From Entomortierella parvispora E1425 (taxonomy: Eukaryota; Fungi; Mortierellomycota), in assembly GCA_020891255.1 (NCBI GenBank), contig BQFW01000009.1, forward strand, positions 1,302,001 through 1,366,000: a stretch of DNA of 64,000 nt. The letters are read 5' to 3'. Made by a program: the position numbers and the translations under genes. This document shows positions 47,669 through 60,039 of this stretch, piece by piece; within the stretch, counting starts at the first letter, position 1; the number at the start of each line of letters is the position of its first letter. A model generated the notes under the pieces. That model made no database searches. It was not told the origin of the DNA and was given only the letters and a program-made list of their open reading frames with translations.

Positions 47669-50576
47669 ATGTTTGTCTACAAGCGAGGTACGACAGACGT
47701 GCCACTGCGCTGCAACCCTCTTGTTTTGTTCATTTGGCATTTGTCGCCACCATCTTTTGTGCATCGTATCGAGTCCATGTGCGCTAACCATTCACTGCCT
47801 GCTTTTCCCCTTCTGTACCTTGAACCCATCCTTCTGATTGGAACCTCCTTCCTCGACAAATAGATGGTAAGAAGCTGCGTTACTTTTGCCTGAAATGTAC
47901 AATGCCGCATGTAAAATGCAGAGCTGTGCACAGACTGATTCATATGCATTTCATTCTTGTTTTCTCATTTCAGGACGCAAGGAGCGTGTTGCCTTTGACA
48001 AGATTACGGCCAGAATCGTCAAGCTGTGCTATGGCCTCGACATGAACTTTGTCGACCCAGTCCAGGTCACCCAGAAGGTGCGTCCCGTTCACTTGACCTC
48101 CTTTTTTGTTTTTGCGGGTTGCCAGGACTGTTCCCCCCTGTCGGTGATTGGAACTACCCTGTTCTGTGGCTTTTTTTTTTCTTTTTCTTTTTCTTTTTTT
48201 TTCTCTTTTGCCTGATCCAGAAAACTGACATGTGTTTTTTTCGTTGTATTGAAACACGTCCTTTAGGTCATCTCAGGTGTCTACCATGGAGTCAGCACCG
48301 TCGAGCTCGATAACCTCGCTGCCGAAACTGTACGTTTGCACTCTTTAATGCCATACTGACAGATCATAAGATCGAAACTAATCAATTGATCTGCATTTGA
48401 ACCGACTTAGGCTGCCTACATGACCACCAAGCACCCCGACTACGCCATCCTCGCTGCCCGTATTGCTGTCTCGAACGTCCACAAGGAGACCAAGAAGGTC
48501 TTCTCTCAGGTCATTGAGGATCTCTACACTTATATCAACCCCAAGACCGGCAAGAACGCCTCCATGATCTCCGAGAAGACTTACCAGAGCGTCATGAAGA
48601 ACCAGGATCGCCTCAACTCTGCCATTATCTACGATCGCGATTTCAACTACAACTACTTTGGCTTCAAGACCCTCGAGCGCTCATATCTTCTCCGTATCGA
48701 TGGCCGTGTTGCAGAGAGACCCCAGCACATGTTGATGCGTGTTTCTGTCGGTATCCACGGCGACGACGTCGAGAAGGCTATTGAGACCTACAACCTCATG
48801 TCTGAGAAGTTCTTCACCCACGCCTCGCCCACCCTCTTCAATGCCGGAACCCCCAGACCCCAGATGTCATCTTGCTTCTTGTTGACCATGAAGGACGACT
48901 CGATCGAGGGCATTTACGATACCCTCAAGACCTGTGCCATGATCTCCAAGACTGCTGGAGGTATCGGTCTCAACATTCACAACATCCGTGCCTCGGGCTC
49001 CTATATTTCCGGAACGAACGGATACTCGAACGGTCTCATCCCCATGCTCCGCGTCTACAACAACACTGCTCGCTATGTCGATCAGGGTGGCAACAAGCGC
49101 CCTGGTGCGTTCGCCATGTACCTTGAGCCCTGGCACGCGGATGTGTTCGAGTTCTTGGATCTTCGCAAGAACACTGGAAAGGAGGAGAGCCGTGCCCGCG
49201 ATCTGTTCTATGCCCTTTGGATTCCCGATCTATTCATGAAGCGTATTGAAGAGAACGGCGACTGGAGCTTGTTCTGCCCTGCTGAGGCCCCCGGTCTCCA
49301 GGATGTTTGGGGCGAGGAGTTTGAGGCCCTTTACGCCAAGTACGAGAGCGAGGGTCGTGCCCGCAAGACCATCAAGGCCCAAAAGCTTTGGTATGCCATT
49401 CTTGAGGCCCAGACCGAGACTGGAACCCCTTACATGTTGTACAAGGATGCCTGCAACCGCAAGTCCAACCAGCAGAACTTGGGAACCATCAAGTGTAGTA
49501 ACTTGTGCACAGAGATTGTCGAGTACAGCAGTCCCGAAGAGGTTGCCGTTTGCAACTTGGCCAGTATTGCTCTCCCTACCTTTGTCAACAACCAGGTCTA
49601 CGATTTCAAGCTCCTTCACAAGATTACCAAGGTTGTCACTCGCAACTTGAACAAGATTATTGACGAGAACTACTACCCCGTTCCCGAGGCCGAATACTCC
49701 AACAAGCGTCATCGCCCCGTTGGTGTCGGTGTACAGGGTCTTGCCGATGCCTTCATCAAGATGCGCATGCCATTCGATTCGCCCGAGGCTCGCAAGCTCA
49801 ACTTGGAAATCTTTGAGACCATTTACCACGCTGCCCTCGAGGCTTCTTGCGAGATGGCCCAGGAGGAAGGCAAGTACGAGACATATGAGGGATCCCCTGT
49901 TTCCAAGGGAATTCTTCAGCCCGATATGTGGGGTGTGACCCCCACTGACCTCTGGGACTGGGATACTCTCCGTGCCTCCATTGCCAAGCACGGTGTCCGT
50001 AACTCGCTCTTGGTCGCCCCCATGCCTACCGCCTCTACCTCTCAGATCCTCGGTTTCAACGAGTGCTTTGAGCCTTATACCTCGAACATCTATACCCGTC
50101 GTGTCTTGGCTGGCGAGTTCCAGATTGTGAACCCCTGGATGTTGAAGGATCTTGTCGAGATGGGACTCTGGAACGATCAGCTCAAGAACCGTATTATTTC
50201 CGAGAATGGATCCATCCAGCGTATTCCCGGTATCCCTGACGATTTGAAGGCACTTTACAAGACTACCTGGGAGATCTCTCAAAAGGTCGTTATTGACTTG
50301 GCTGCCGACCGTGGTGCATTTATTGATCAGTCCCAGTCCATGAACATTCACTTGGCCGATGTCAACTATGGCAAGCTCACATCCATGGCTTTCTATGGTT
50401 GGAAGCGTGGTCTTAAGACCGGCATGTACTACCTCCGTACCCGCCCTGCCGTGGATGCCATCAAGTTCACTGTGGACCAGTTGTCGATTAACCGCGAGGC
50501 ACAAGAGGAGGCTAACCAGGCCGCCATGATGTGCTCAATCGATAACAAGGATGCCTGCATGAGCTGCAGTGGATAG
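47669..50576 (+). CDS. RNR1: Ribonucleoside-diphosphate reductase large subunit (class Ia)
   Basis: ATP cone ([18 protein letters not shown]), [66 protein letters not shown] and C-terminal CxxC; exon 1 47669-47687, micro-exon 47864-47866. Confidence 0.98.
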
Positions 50577-50650
50577 TCGGATGGTTTTTTTTTTGTGTAT
50601 ATGTTTTCTCAGTTTGTAAAAAGAATAAAATTCTCTTGAATAATAGTACT

Positions 50651-53263
50651 TTATTGTTCCTTGATGTCGGTGATCGAGTACGGAAAGACTCTGAAATCAT
50701 CGTACAACAGATTTCCTTCCTCATCGTAATGGAAATCGTAGTAGCACTGCTCGCAAAAGTAACAAGGGGTCTCTCCAGCCAGACGATCGTCCACTGTGAT
50801 GAAGTGCGCAGGGTTGAAACGACACATTTTGCACTTGTGCTTGATCGCTTTTCGTCGAAAGATAGTCTTTGGGTAGCAGAGTCGATTGAGTTCGTCATGT
50901 TGGTGACTGAAAAGTCTGCAAAAAGAAAAAGGACAAAAAAAAATGTAAATAGCTGAAAGTCTAGGACACAACCTCCTCCAGCCTCCTGGACTTCATACCT
51001 CAGATCTTTAAACTTGATGATATGTTCACAGTTCCCTTGATGAACGAGTAGGTAAGGATGGTTCAGTCGGATCGACAAATCTCGGATCAGAGTTAGGGCC
51101 ATCAGTTTCTTTTGCAGATTTTGAAACTCTGGCGACTCTCTCCTCACAGGTGATTCCTGCACCCAATTCAAAATAGTTCTAGTCGAAGAAAAAAAAAAAG
51201 ACAGAAGAGAGTGGAAAACACAAGGGATTGTTAGGGCTCATTCCATCGTGGTCATTTGTCGATACAACGTCGCTCGACACTTACTGGCTATAGTCAAACG
51301 AAACCGCGGCATAGGCAGCCTCATCCTCAAGTGCAAACTGATCCAAAGGTATATTTTCTGAAGTGGGTTTCGCCATCTCTGCCCTCAAATCCGAATCATC
51401 ATAGTTCAAGTCGTAATCTTGTTCCATTGGTTCCTGACCCTCCCGCTCCAATTGTTGCAACCACGCCTGCTGAATCGCTATGGCGTCCTCTCGTCGTGTC
51501 TTACATTGCTCTAGCAACTCGTCTTTCCGCGCTTTCTCTTTGGCCACTATTCGAGCCTTTTCGTCCACCCGCGCTCGGATCAACGGTGAATCGGTATAGA
51601 AGGTGCCTTCGATAAACATAAAAGAGTTGCTGGCCTTTCTCTTTGCCGTGTTTCGGATCTTTGAGTTTTCATTCCCCCGTTCGTCAAACTCGCTCTTGGA
51701 GGTGAAATCTGTCAGACAGTAGAAGGTATCACGCATGTCTGAGAGAGGTTGACTTCCCAAGAACATCGTCTCCTGCACTTTGATCGTGGGCTTTAACGAA
51801 CTGTAAAACTCCACCACGACCACGACTTCGCCCGGATCGACGATGGGGACATAGGGTCGAGAAAACGGAGATCCCTCGGACTGGATGTAATTGAGTGGTT
51901 CGCGCTGATGAGGTGGCAACACAAAGTGCGAGTCGACCTGGAGGGACCGGAGAGGCGAATCCTCAATCTTCAGAGATATATCCTGGAATTTGAGTTCAAC
52001 GTTTGTTGGACGGATCAACTCGATTTCCTTTTCGGTTTGCGAGGTCTGTTGGGCTCGTTGAGTTTCCATTTCAGCTACAAATATGGCCAAACTCTGTAGA
52101 CCTTCATCTGTTGCGCCATTCGTCTTGACCACCTCCGAGCTATTTCGTCCCTTCTGATTTTGATCAACGCCCGCAGGGATGTCGACGGAAACAGCCCCTG
52201 GCAATGGCGCAGTGCTCTCTCCTGATGGCGCTTCTGTGTCTATTGTGGTTCCTGACGAAGAGCCTGCCTGAACCTGCGATCGCTCTGGACCAGACCCAGA
52301 ACTTGATGAGCTGATCCCTGCCGCAGATATCTGGACGCTCTGTGAATGCTGTTTTGAGGCTGAGGCCGGCTCTTCCATCTCCACATCTGGTTCGCCTTCT
52401 GTTTCCAGTGCTCTCTGCTTTCCCTTCTTTATCGGGGGCTCTATGGCGGCATTCTTTCTGGCCCAGCGCTGCTTTCTTTCTTTTTCTTGTCTAAGCCTCA
52501 TTGCTGTTCGATTGGTCTCGTACGGTACTCTTCGATGACCTCTCATCGGGGCACTCAAAAGCCTCCGCACCTTATTGTCGGCCGAGCTTGTGACATTCAT
52601 CTGATTGTCCCGCATATGGATGTCCGCAGTGTCTCCAGCCTCGTTGATTTCCTCCGCCAATCCATAGACTGAGGCCCAAGTCGGCCGAAGAGGCCTATCC
52701 TTGGCGGCTGAGAGGATCTCTTCTTGTCGATCCTCTATCCTGTCCGTGAACCATTCCTGGAGGAGACCCAGGACTGTTGGATCCTCAAAAGGCTGATTGG
52801 CTTCCTGGAGATCATCAAAGATATCACACCGGGATACAAGATCTTGTGCGGCGAGATTTTTGGAGGTCAGATAGGCCTTGAAGGGGTCGTTTTGCTCTTG
52901 CTGTTGGAGGAGGCGGACGAAATTGGAGCTGAAGGTCGATATAGAGATGAGTTCACTCTGTGGATCGGTGGCCAAGATTGATACTTTCTCAGGAATCCGT
53001 TTTGGGGACTGTGGTGGTGGTTGCTGCAGCTCCTGTTGGCCCTGTTGCTGTTCTGGTTGCTGTGATTGCTGCTGCTGCTGGCCTTGCTGCTCGTGTGGGT
53101 TGGCTGTGGCTATGGTCCTGGAGAAACTTGGTGGCGACGTCCGTTGTGGCCCAGAGGACGAGGAATGTGAATGGCCTGGCTCTGGTTGTGGGGATGGGGA
53201 TGGGGAAGACAAGTAGGCGTAATCCGATGCAGGAGACAGGGACGGGAAGAATGATTCGCTCAT
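50651..53263 (-). CDS. SNAPC3: snRNA-activating protein complex subunit 3 (SNAP50)
   Basis: FLGSQPLSDMRDTFYC, FMFIEGTFYTD, LSIRLNHPYLLVHQGNCEH and zinc finger CKMC...DDRLAGETPCYFCEQCYYDFHY; two introns. Confidence 0.88.
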
Positions 53264-53546
53264 GGTCCAGAGGGAATGAACTGAAATGTGGACGGGGCAA
53301 AACAGGGAGTGTTGACCACAAAGAGATCTCTTTTTGCATGCATGAGAAAACGCGAAAATCAGGTCACGTGGAGAGGCACATCCTGGGGCGTCCTTATGCC
53401 GGGTGCACCCCACATCCTGCTTTCACAACCACCCCTCCTTCATCAGCACGTTCTTCCTTCAGTCTTTTTAACCACCTCCGCTGCACTCGGTTCACAATCT
53501 CAACGACTGATGACAAGCAAGAAAATATAAAAAAAAGAAAGGGCTT

Positions 53547-55599
53547 CTAATTTATTCCGGCCCTGAGCTTTGACTGGTGTTGGCTAAACTCGGTTAACGT
53601 CGTCCGTGCGATGGCCTTGCCTTGGAATGACGTGCTGGTCGCGGACGTTGTCATCACTTGAACATAATCTCCGAGCTTGATAGGTACACGTCCCGTCGTT
53701 CCACTCTGATCAGAGGATGTCAGTGCAGCGGCAATCGAAGGCTGGATCATTTCGTCGTCAAAAATAATCTTGTATCCTCCATCAGCACGACCAACCCAAC
53801 GGCTCTTGTCGCGTTTGCTTCGTCCCTCCACGAGAACACACTCGCCTCCTGGGGTTCCCAGACGGGACCTGAACTGATTCTCAGCTCCCTTGTGGAAAAC
53901 ACCAATGATATCCTGAAGTCGACGCAACTTGACATCCTCTGGCACATCATCCTCAAGACGACGTCCTGCATGGGTGCCCTCTCTGCGAGAGTACATAAAC
54001 ATGTATGCCATCTCATACTCGACGCGACGCATCAAATCCATGGTGTCCAAATGATCTGCCTCTGTCTCACCGCAAAAACCAGTAATGAAATCGGATGAAA
54101 GTGCAACGCCGGGAACAATGGATCGGATGTTGTCGACAAGTTCAAAGTAGGCGTCTCTAGAGTAACCACGGCGCATCCTGGACAGAACAGCCGTTGATCC
54201 TGACTGAGCTGGCATGTGAATCTGGGAGCAAATATTGGGCCTCTCTGCCATCAAATGCAGCAACGCCGTTGGAAAATCCTTTGGATGTGGTGATGTGAAG
54301 CGGATACGCATCTATAGTTTTCGAATGATAATTAAAAAAAGTTGGTGGTCTGGCTTTTCCTGCTATATGGCGCAACCTTGCTACGAAGCATATAGCCTCG
54401 GCCCTTACCTCTGGATCGACCTGAGAGACGTGATCCAGCAATTCTGTGAAGCGCATTCCTCCGTCTTTCCGCTTGTAGATAGTGTTGAATCCTGGGTTAC
54501 TGAGCTCAGCTCCAACGCCTGCTGCCAACTGTACACCGTCGCCACTGGTATCGCGGTACGAGTTGACATTCTGGCCCAAAAGGGTCACTTCTTTGATTCC
54601 TGCGTCACTCAGTTGCTTCACTTCTGTCAAAATGGAGTCAATAGCTCGACTGCGCTCATTTCCACGGGTGAAAGGCACCACACAGAACGAGCACATGTTG
54701 TTGCATCCTCGCATGATCGAAAGATGGGCCGAGAAGCTCTCAGGGGCAATTCTCATCGGCACAATGTCAGCGTAGGTTTCGTCCGCAGAAAGCATCACGT
54801 TGGCAACTCCCTGGCGGGTTGTTTCAGAGATGGACAAAAGATGAGGGATCGAACGGTAGGCATCCGGTCCACATACCAGATCAACCATCTTGTCCGAGTC
54901 CAACAATTTATCCTTGAGTCGTTCAGCCATGCACTTTTTTATAGTCAAGAAAAGAACATCGTTTGATTAGCCTTCTGACGTCCTTCGTATAAGAACCAAA
55001 CAATCTGGAGGGCCGCGCTCACTTACGCCAAGGACACCAACGAGAGGCGCACGATCTTTTTGAGGTCCAAGCTTCTTGCGCTTGAGATCAGCCAGTCTAT
55101 TCCAGATCCTAGTTTCTGCATTCTCTCGGATGGCACAGGTAACCAAGAAGACAATATCGGCCTCGGATTGGTCGTCTGCTTTGGTATATCCTGCTCCGTT
55201 CATGATCGCCATAAGAATCTCTGTATCGTTGAAGTTCATCTGGCAACCATAGACCTCCACAAAGTACTTGGCACCAGCACCGAGTTTACGACCCTGGACA
55301 GAGAGGTATGGGATGTTGTCGGGCATTGTCTTGGTCGGATCCAGCGGAGTACTGGGTTGTGTGGTGGTGCTGTTGAGAAAGTCTTGCAGTGAAGGACCTC
55401 TGTTGCCAAACACAATATGTTTCTTTTTCGTTGATTTTGTTGCCTTGGGAGTAGACTCTGTTGTAGTTGTGGGAGCATCTTTGGCGGGGATGGTAGGTGG
55501 TGCGTGTGCAAGGCTAGCAAAGGCAGCTCTAGGGTAGAGACGAGAGGTGCTGAGGAGGGTTGCCCTTGCTGGTCTGGCAAGTGAAGCAAACAAAGCCAT
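53547..55599 (-). CDS. CDK5RAP1: Mitochondrial tRNA methylthiotransferase (MiaB/CDK5RAP1, radical SAM)
   Basis: Presequence-like N-terminus, [36 protein letters not shown] (CxxxCxxC), [21 protein letters not shown] and C-terminal TRAM domain. Confidence 0.93.
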
Positions 55600-55918
55600 G
55601 GCAACTGAAGTTGTGCGGAGATAACAGAGAAGAAAAGAAGGAGAGGACTGCAAACGAATAAAGGGATGAGTAGGTGATGGAGGAGCAAGGAAGGATGGTA
55701 ATGAATGAACTGATCACCTCGGACCTTTTGGTGCTGCCTATCTCCTCCTTGCCCCTGCTGCCTTCTCTGGCTCCGCCCAGGCTTGGGTCCGAGATGAGCA
55801 AGCCACCCAAACATGCAGTCACGAAAAAAACAGATGTGATGTGTATAGACATGCACTTTCTTTTTTTTTTTTTTTCCTTTTCCATTACTCTCAGCAAAGC
55901 AGGAACAACCATAACATA

Positions 55919-56116
55919 ATGTCCAGCGTACGATTGGCCCCACCACCCCTCAAGCTCACGGTCTTGGAGAGCCGCTCTCTCTCGACCCCCGAGACTGTTC
56001 AGACTTTGCACAACTTCTTGTCCAATGGAACCGCCATCCATTCTGCACCAACCAGCATTGCTCACCAGGTCACTCAGGTCTACGAGAAGCTCCGTCTTGA
56101 GTCCAAGCGCCATTAA
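55919..56116 (+). CDS. 65-aa protein, candidate RNA polymerase I A14 (Rpa14/Ker1)-like
   Basis: Compact ORF with host-like codon bias, divergent from CDK5RAP1. PPPLKLTVLESRSLSTPETVQTLHNFL...QVTQVYEKL resembles the Rpa14 pattern by eye only. Confidence 0.55.
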   Translation: MSSVRLAPPPLKLTVLESRSLSTPETVQTLHNFLSNGTAIHSAPTSIAHQVTQVYEKLRLESKRH

Positions 56117-56724
56117 ATGGAAGACGACAAAACAACATATAGAAACGAAGCGGTTGGATCTTAATATCAAACGCAAAGGATGATACATTACTCCCAGAGA
56201 GATATCCTTCCAACTGTCGGACTGGCTCAGACCTTCCTTTACTCACCTTTCAATTCATCGCATCAACACAACCTTCAATTGTACAACATCCAGGTCGCTG
56301 ACATATCCACAATAAATTCACCACAGCGTCGACAATCTCCAGAAACTTTCTTGGATATGTATCCATGTCTCCTAGACACGAGATTTTTTTGTGTATATAC
56401 GGATGTTTTTGAGGCGTCAGTAGAGACTGAAATCTTTATGTTGTAGCTACAGGAATCCAGGCTGCAGCAATTTTCTACAAGGAGGGATGGCTGGCTTAGT
56501 GCGAAATCGTTGAGGATACAATGACTTGTTTCCTCATGATTCTTATTATGTCCATACAAATGCATAGAGGGTATCATGGGAGGGGGCCTGGCTTTCTGAC
56601 TATGACTTGGTCCTGAGAAACGACAATCCGTATCAACTGATCAGGCTGTCGGCATGGACCCTCCAATTGCCATTTTGATTGAGAGGCAGTGAAGGGGCTT
56701 TGTCGACCGCTTGTGTCCTGGTAT

Positions 56725-56895
56725 TCATGGAGCACCAACTCGGAGATGAGCTCCATTCTTTGCTGCAATCCAAGTGATGAAGGCACAGGTCAAGACATAG
56801 CCCGAAAACTTGAAAAAAGCTGAGCGGGAGATTTGTGCCTCCTCTTCTGGTGTCCGGAAGGACGAAAAGATCCGCCGGAGATTAGGAAGTGCCAT
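56725..56895 (-). CDS. 56-aa single-TM microprotein, unknown function
   Basis: MALPNLRRIFSSFRTPEEEAQISRSAFFKFSGYVLTCAFITWIAAKNG; divergent from LSM6 at ~170 bp. Confidence 0.45.
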   Translation of the reverse strand: MALPNLRRIFSSFRTPEEEAQISRSAFFKFSGYVLTCAFITWIAAKNGAHLRVGAP

Positions 56896-57064
56896 TGAAT
56901 GGGATAGAAGGAACAGGTTGCGCGTTGGAGTTGATGAGAATGGTCTATTCTCAACAGAACTCCACACGTGACTATGATCACGTGCTTGGTCTTATTCTCT
57001 GCTGTGAAAGCGAGCAAAGGCATCAGAGGTGTCTTCTCGCAACACACACATCAGACACATCAAC

Positions 57065-57526
57065 ATGGAACCAACCCAGGACTTTACCAGCTTTCTCCTT
57101 GGAAGACCTGTCATTGTCAAGCTGAACTCAGGAGTCGATTACCGCGGTAAGGATGTCATGGATTCAAGAAAGGAGATCAGACCTCCCAACAAAGAACAAA
57201 GAGAATTCGCATCAAGGCGCTAATGGCTATAGCTTTCATAACACCCCCATTACGACCATTAGGCATCTTGGCTTGTCTGGATGGCTACATGAACATTGCT
57301 TTGGAACAGACTGAAGAATGGGTCAACGGTCAGCTCAAGAACAAATATGGAGATACGTTCATTCGTGGAAACAATGGTAACGTTTTATTTGGCTTATTAT
57401 TTCCAAGCTCTTTTTATTTCCATCGCTCAGTGCCTTGATATCTGAGAGTAGATCCAAGGACTGACACCCTTATCTTCTGTTATTACCACATTAGTTCTTT
57501 ACATCTCAACAGCCAAGGGAGCATAA
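57065..57526 (+). CDS. LSM6: U6 snRNA-associated Sm-like protein LSm6 (3 exons)
   Basis: GRPVIVKLNSGVDYRG|ILACLDGYMNIALEQTEEWVNGQLKNKYGDTFIRGNN|VLYIS. Confidence 0.95.
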
Positions 57527-57775
57527 GCAGAGAGATCTGGAGTGTTGGACGCGTTCTTGCAGCAATATATTCATCACCAAAGCAGAAAGGACGACTGCTG
57601 ACAGCCCCGGATATTGTAATAAAAAAGAGAAACCATTCAAAAGGATAGTTCTGCACTACGAGGAAGAAGGGAGATAGTGGGACAAGTCATTTTTACAATC
57701 CAACAGATAGAGGATCTGTTTTATTCAATTGAGGTGTACAATGGGCAAAAAAAGAGTGGGGATAAACTGCGTTTT

Positions 57776-58956
57776 TTAACGGTGCTTGTTGAAGCGGTCG
57801 GTGACAGTCTTCCAGTTGACAACCTCCCAGACGGCCTTGAGGTAGTCGGGGCGGACGTTCTTGTACTGGAGGTAGTAGGCGTGCTCCCAAACATCAATTC
57901 CCAACAAGGGGACCAAACCAGTGGTAGGCTTGAGGGGGTCCTGGTTGGGGGTGGTGGCGATCTCAAGGCGCTTGAACTCCTTGTTGTATCCGAGCCAGCC
58001 CCAGCCGGATCCCTGAACAGCAGCGGTCTGGGCGTTGAACTTCTCGATAAACTTGTCGAGGGAACCCCAGGTCTTCTCGATCTCTTTGAGGAGCTCACCG
58101 GAGGGCTTCTCGCCACCGCCGCTGGACTTGGGGGCCAAGTTCTCCCAGAACAGAGTGTGGTTGATGTGTCCTAAAAGCAATTGGTGGGGGGTTGAGATAT
58201 CCGCCCTTTATTGTCGTCATTTTGGTCTACGCACGTATCAATTGCTCACGCCCCAGGTTAAGACTGAAGACTTACCTCCACCGTTGAACTTGATGGCAGA
58301 CTGGAGAGCAATCTCCTCGTCAACGTTGTTGCCCTGGAAGGCAGATCCGAGCTTCTCCTCAGCAGCGTTGAGACCGTTGACATAGGCTAATCAAAGATCG
58401 TCGGAAAAAAACCACGATATGGCACAAATACGTCATTGTCAATATCAAAATGATATCACTGTTTAATCGACATGAAAGAGGCCAGCATTAATTGCACCGG
58501 AGACGCCGGCACCAAAACTTACCCTGGTGGTGCTTGGAGTGGTGGACCTTCATGATCTCACCACTGATGTAGGGCTCCAAAGCCTGCGGTGTTTGAGAAT
58601 TGAATTGATTAAAGAAAGAAAGACATATCAGCACACAAGAATAGATATGATGAAAAACACTGAAGGCACCAGGAAAGGATAGACGCGACGCGTACCTCGT
58701 AGGCATAGGGGAGAGCTATACACAAGGGTCATAGAGCAAAGAGGCAGCGGACAAGAGGTTAGAACACAGGAGCACTGCGGAGACAATAAGTCATTGATGG
58801 ATGCGCAATTCCACGCGTGTGAATTGTTGACGAAACGCGCGTAGATCAGCAAATCGATCAGAGTAACGTACCAGGGAGGGTGTGCTTGAAGCGGAGGCCG
58901 GCGAAAGCAGAGGGCTTGCTGATGGCGGCAGCGGTGCGAGGAATAGAGCGAAGCAT
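57776..58956 (-). CDS. SOD2: Mitochondrial Mn superoxide dismutase (multi-exon, including a 20-nt exon)
   Basis: [46 protein letters not shown] and [11 protein letters not shown]. Confidence 0.97.
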
Positions 58957-59310
58957 TGTGATGTTGATGGTGACGAAAAGGAGAAGAGTTGATAGGGATG
59001 AAAGAGAGAGAAAAAAAAAGGAATGATCCGGATGCAGGCCTTTTTGGTCTGCGCAAGGGAAGTTGGACAAAAATAATAAAAACTATCGTCACAAAATTTA
59101 TTCAAAGTATTGCGACAAACTGCCAAGTGTGCGCCACCATTCTCACTTTAAACGCCATCACGACCATTGATCGTTCCTTTTCCATACAACCATTGTTCTT
59201 TTCAACTTTCAATTGTTCCATTTCCGAACGCCAACATCACTGCCATTGTTCTTTTCACCTTTCAATTGTCGTTACCATCCATCTGTTTTAACCATCTATC
59301 CCCACCGTCC

Positions 59311-60039
59311 ATGTCTGACACCCCTACCCTTTTCTGCTTGTCGACGACGAGGATGTTTAATTTTCGGTGAAAATCGAGCCGAAGACAGAGACAGTGGACC
59401 AGCTGAAGGAAGCAATCATGAACAAGAGGAAAAACGATTTAGGCAAACTCAATTCAGTCGATCTTATTCTTTGGAAAGTCCATATTCCCGTTCCGTCAAC
59501 CAAGGATCATTTCCCATGAGAATATCACAATGGAGCAATTTATGGACGCCCATGCCAACAAGAACTCGATGCCTGGCAACCGCGTCATCCCTCCATTTTT
59601 CTTCCCCAAGGGCAATCCCACAGGACCTAACATTGTCTTTTCCATTCGAATCAATGGAGACCTCTTCCCAGTTTTTGTTCAACTCAAACTGCGCAAAATA
59701 CTATCGGCAGCACAGGTCAAGTATGCCGCCTCAACTGTCTCTGCTCCTAAAATTGAAAGACATGCGACTGGCTCGAGAAGGTTCTGCCTCTCGAACAACA
59801 CATTCATCAGTATAATCGTTGCGTATCCTGCTGGTGTGGTGGACAAGCTGAAGCGACCTGCTCCCAGCTATGATCTTAGCCGCCTCCTCCCACGAACTGC
59901 TTCAAAGTCCACATATTTGACGCAGGTAAGAATCTTGATTGACCAGAGTAACATTGGCGAGATCTTCCCGAAAGACCATGTGGACTTTATCGATAGGATT
60001 AGAGGTCCTGGAAAACTGACAGAAGGTCAAGAAAGGTGA
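59311..60039 (+). pseudogene. Crinkler (CRN)-like effector pseudogene
   Basis: MSDTPTLFC(L)VD...FSVKIEPKTETVDQLKEAIMNKRKNDLGKLNSVDLILWKVHIP CRN-N pattern, with a frameshift at ~59337, TAA at 59358 and TGA at 59517. It is followed by a short C-terminal remnant (VFVQLKL...FISIIVAYPA...EIFPKDHVDFIDRI). Confidence 0.75.

Noticed and set aside
48867-50504. Long antisense ORFs opposite RNR1 (also opposite heme oxygenase and SOD2)
   Set aside because: Expected shadow of strong C-ending codon bias in highly expressed genes.
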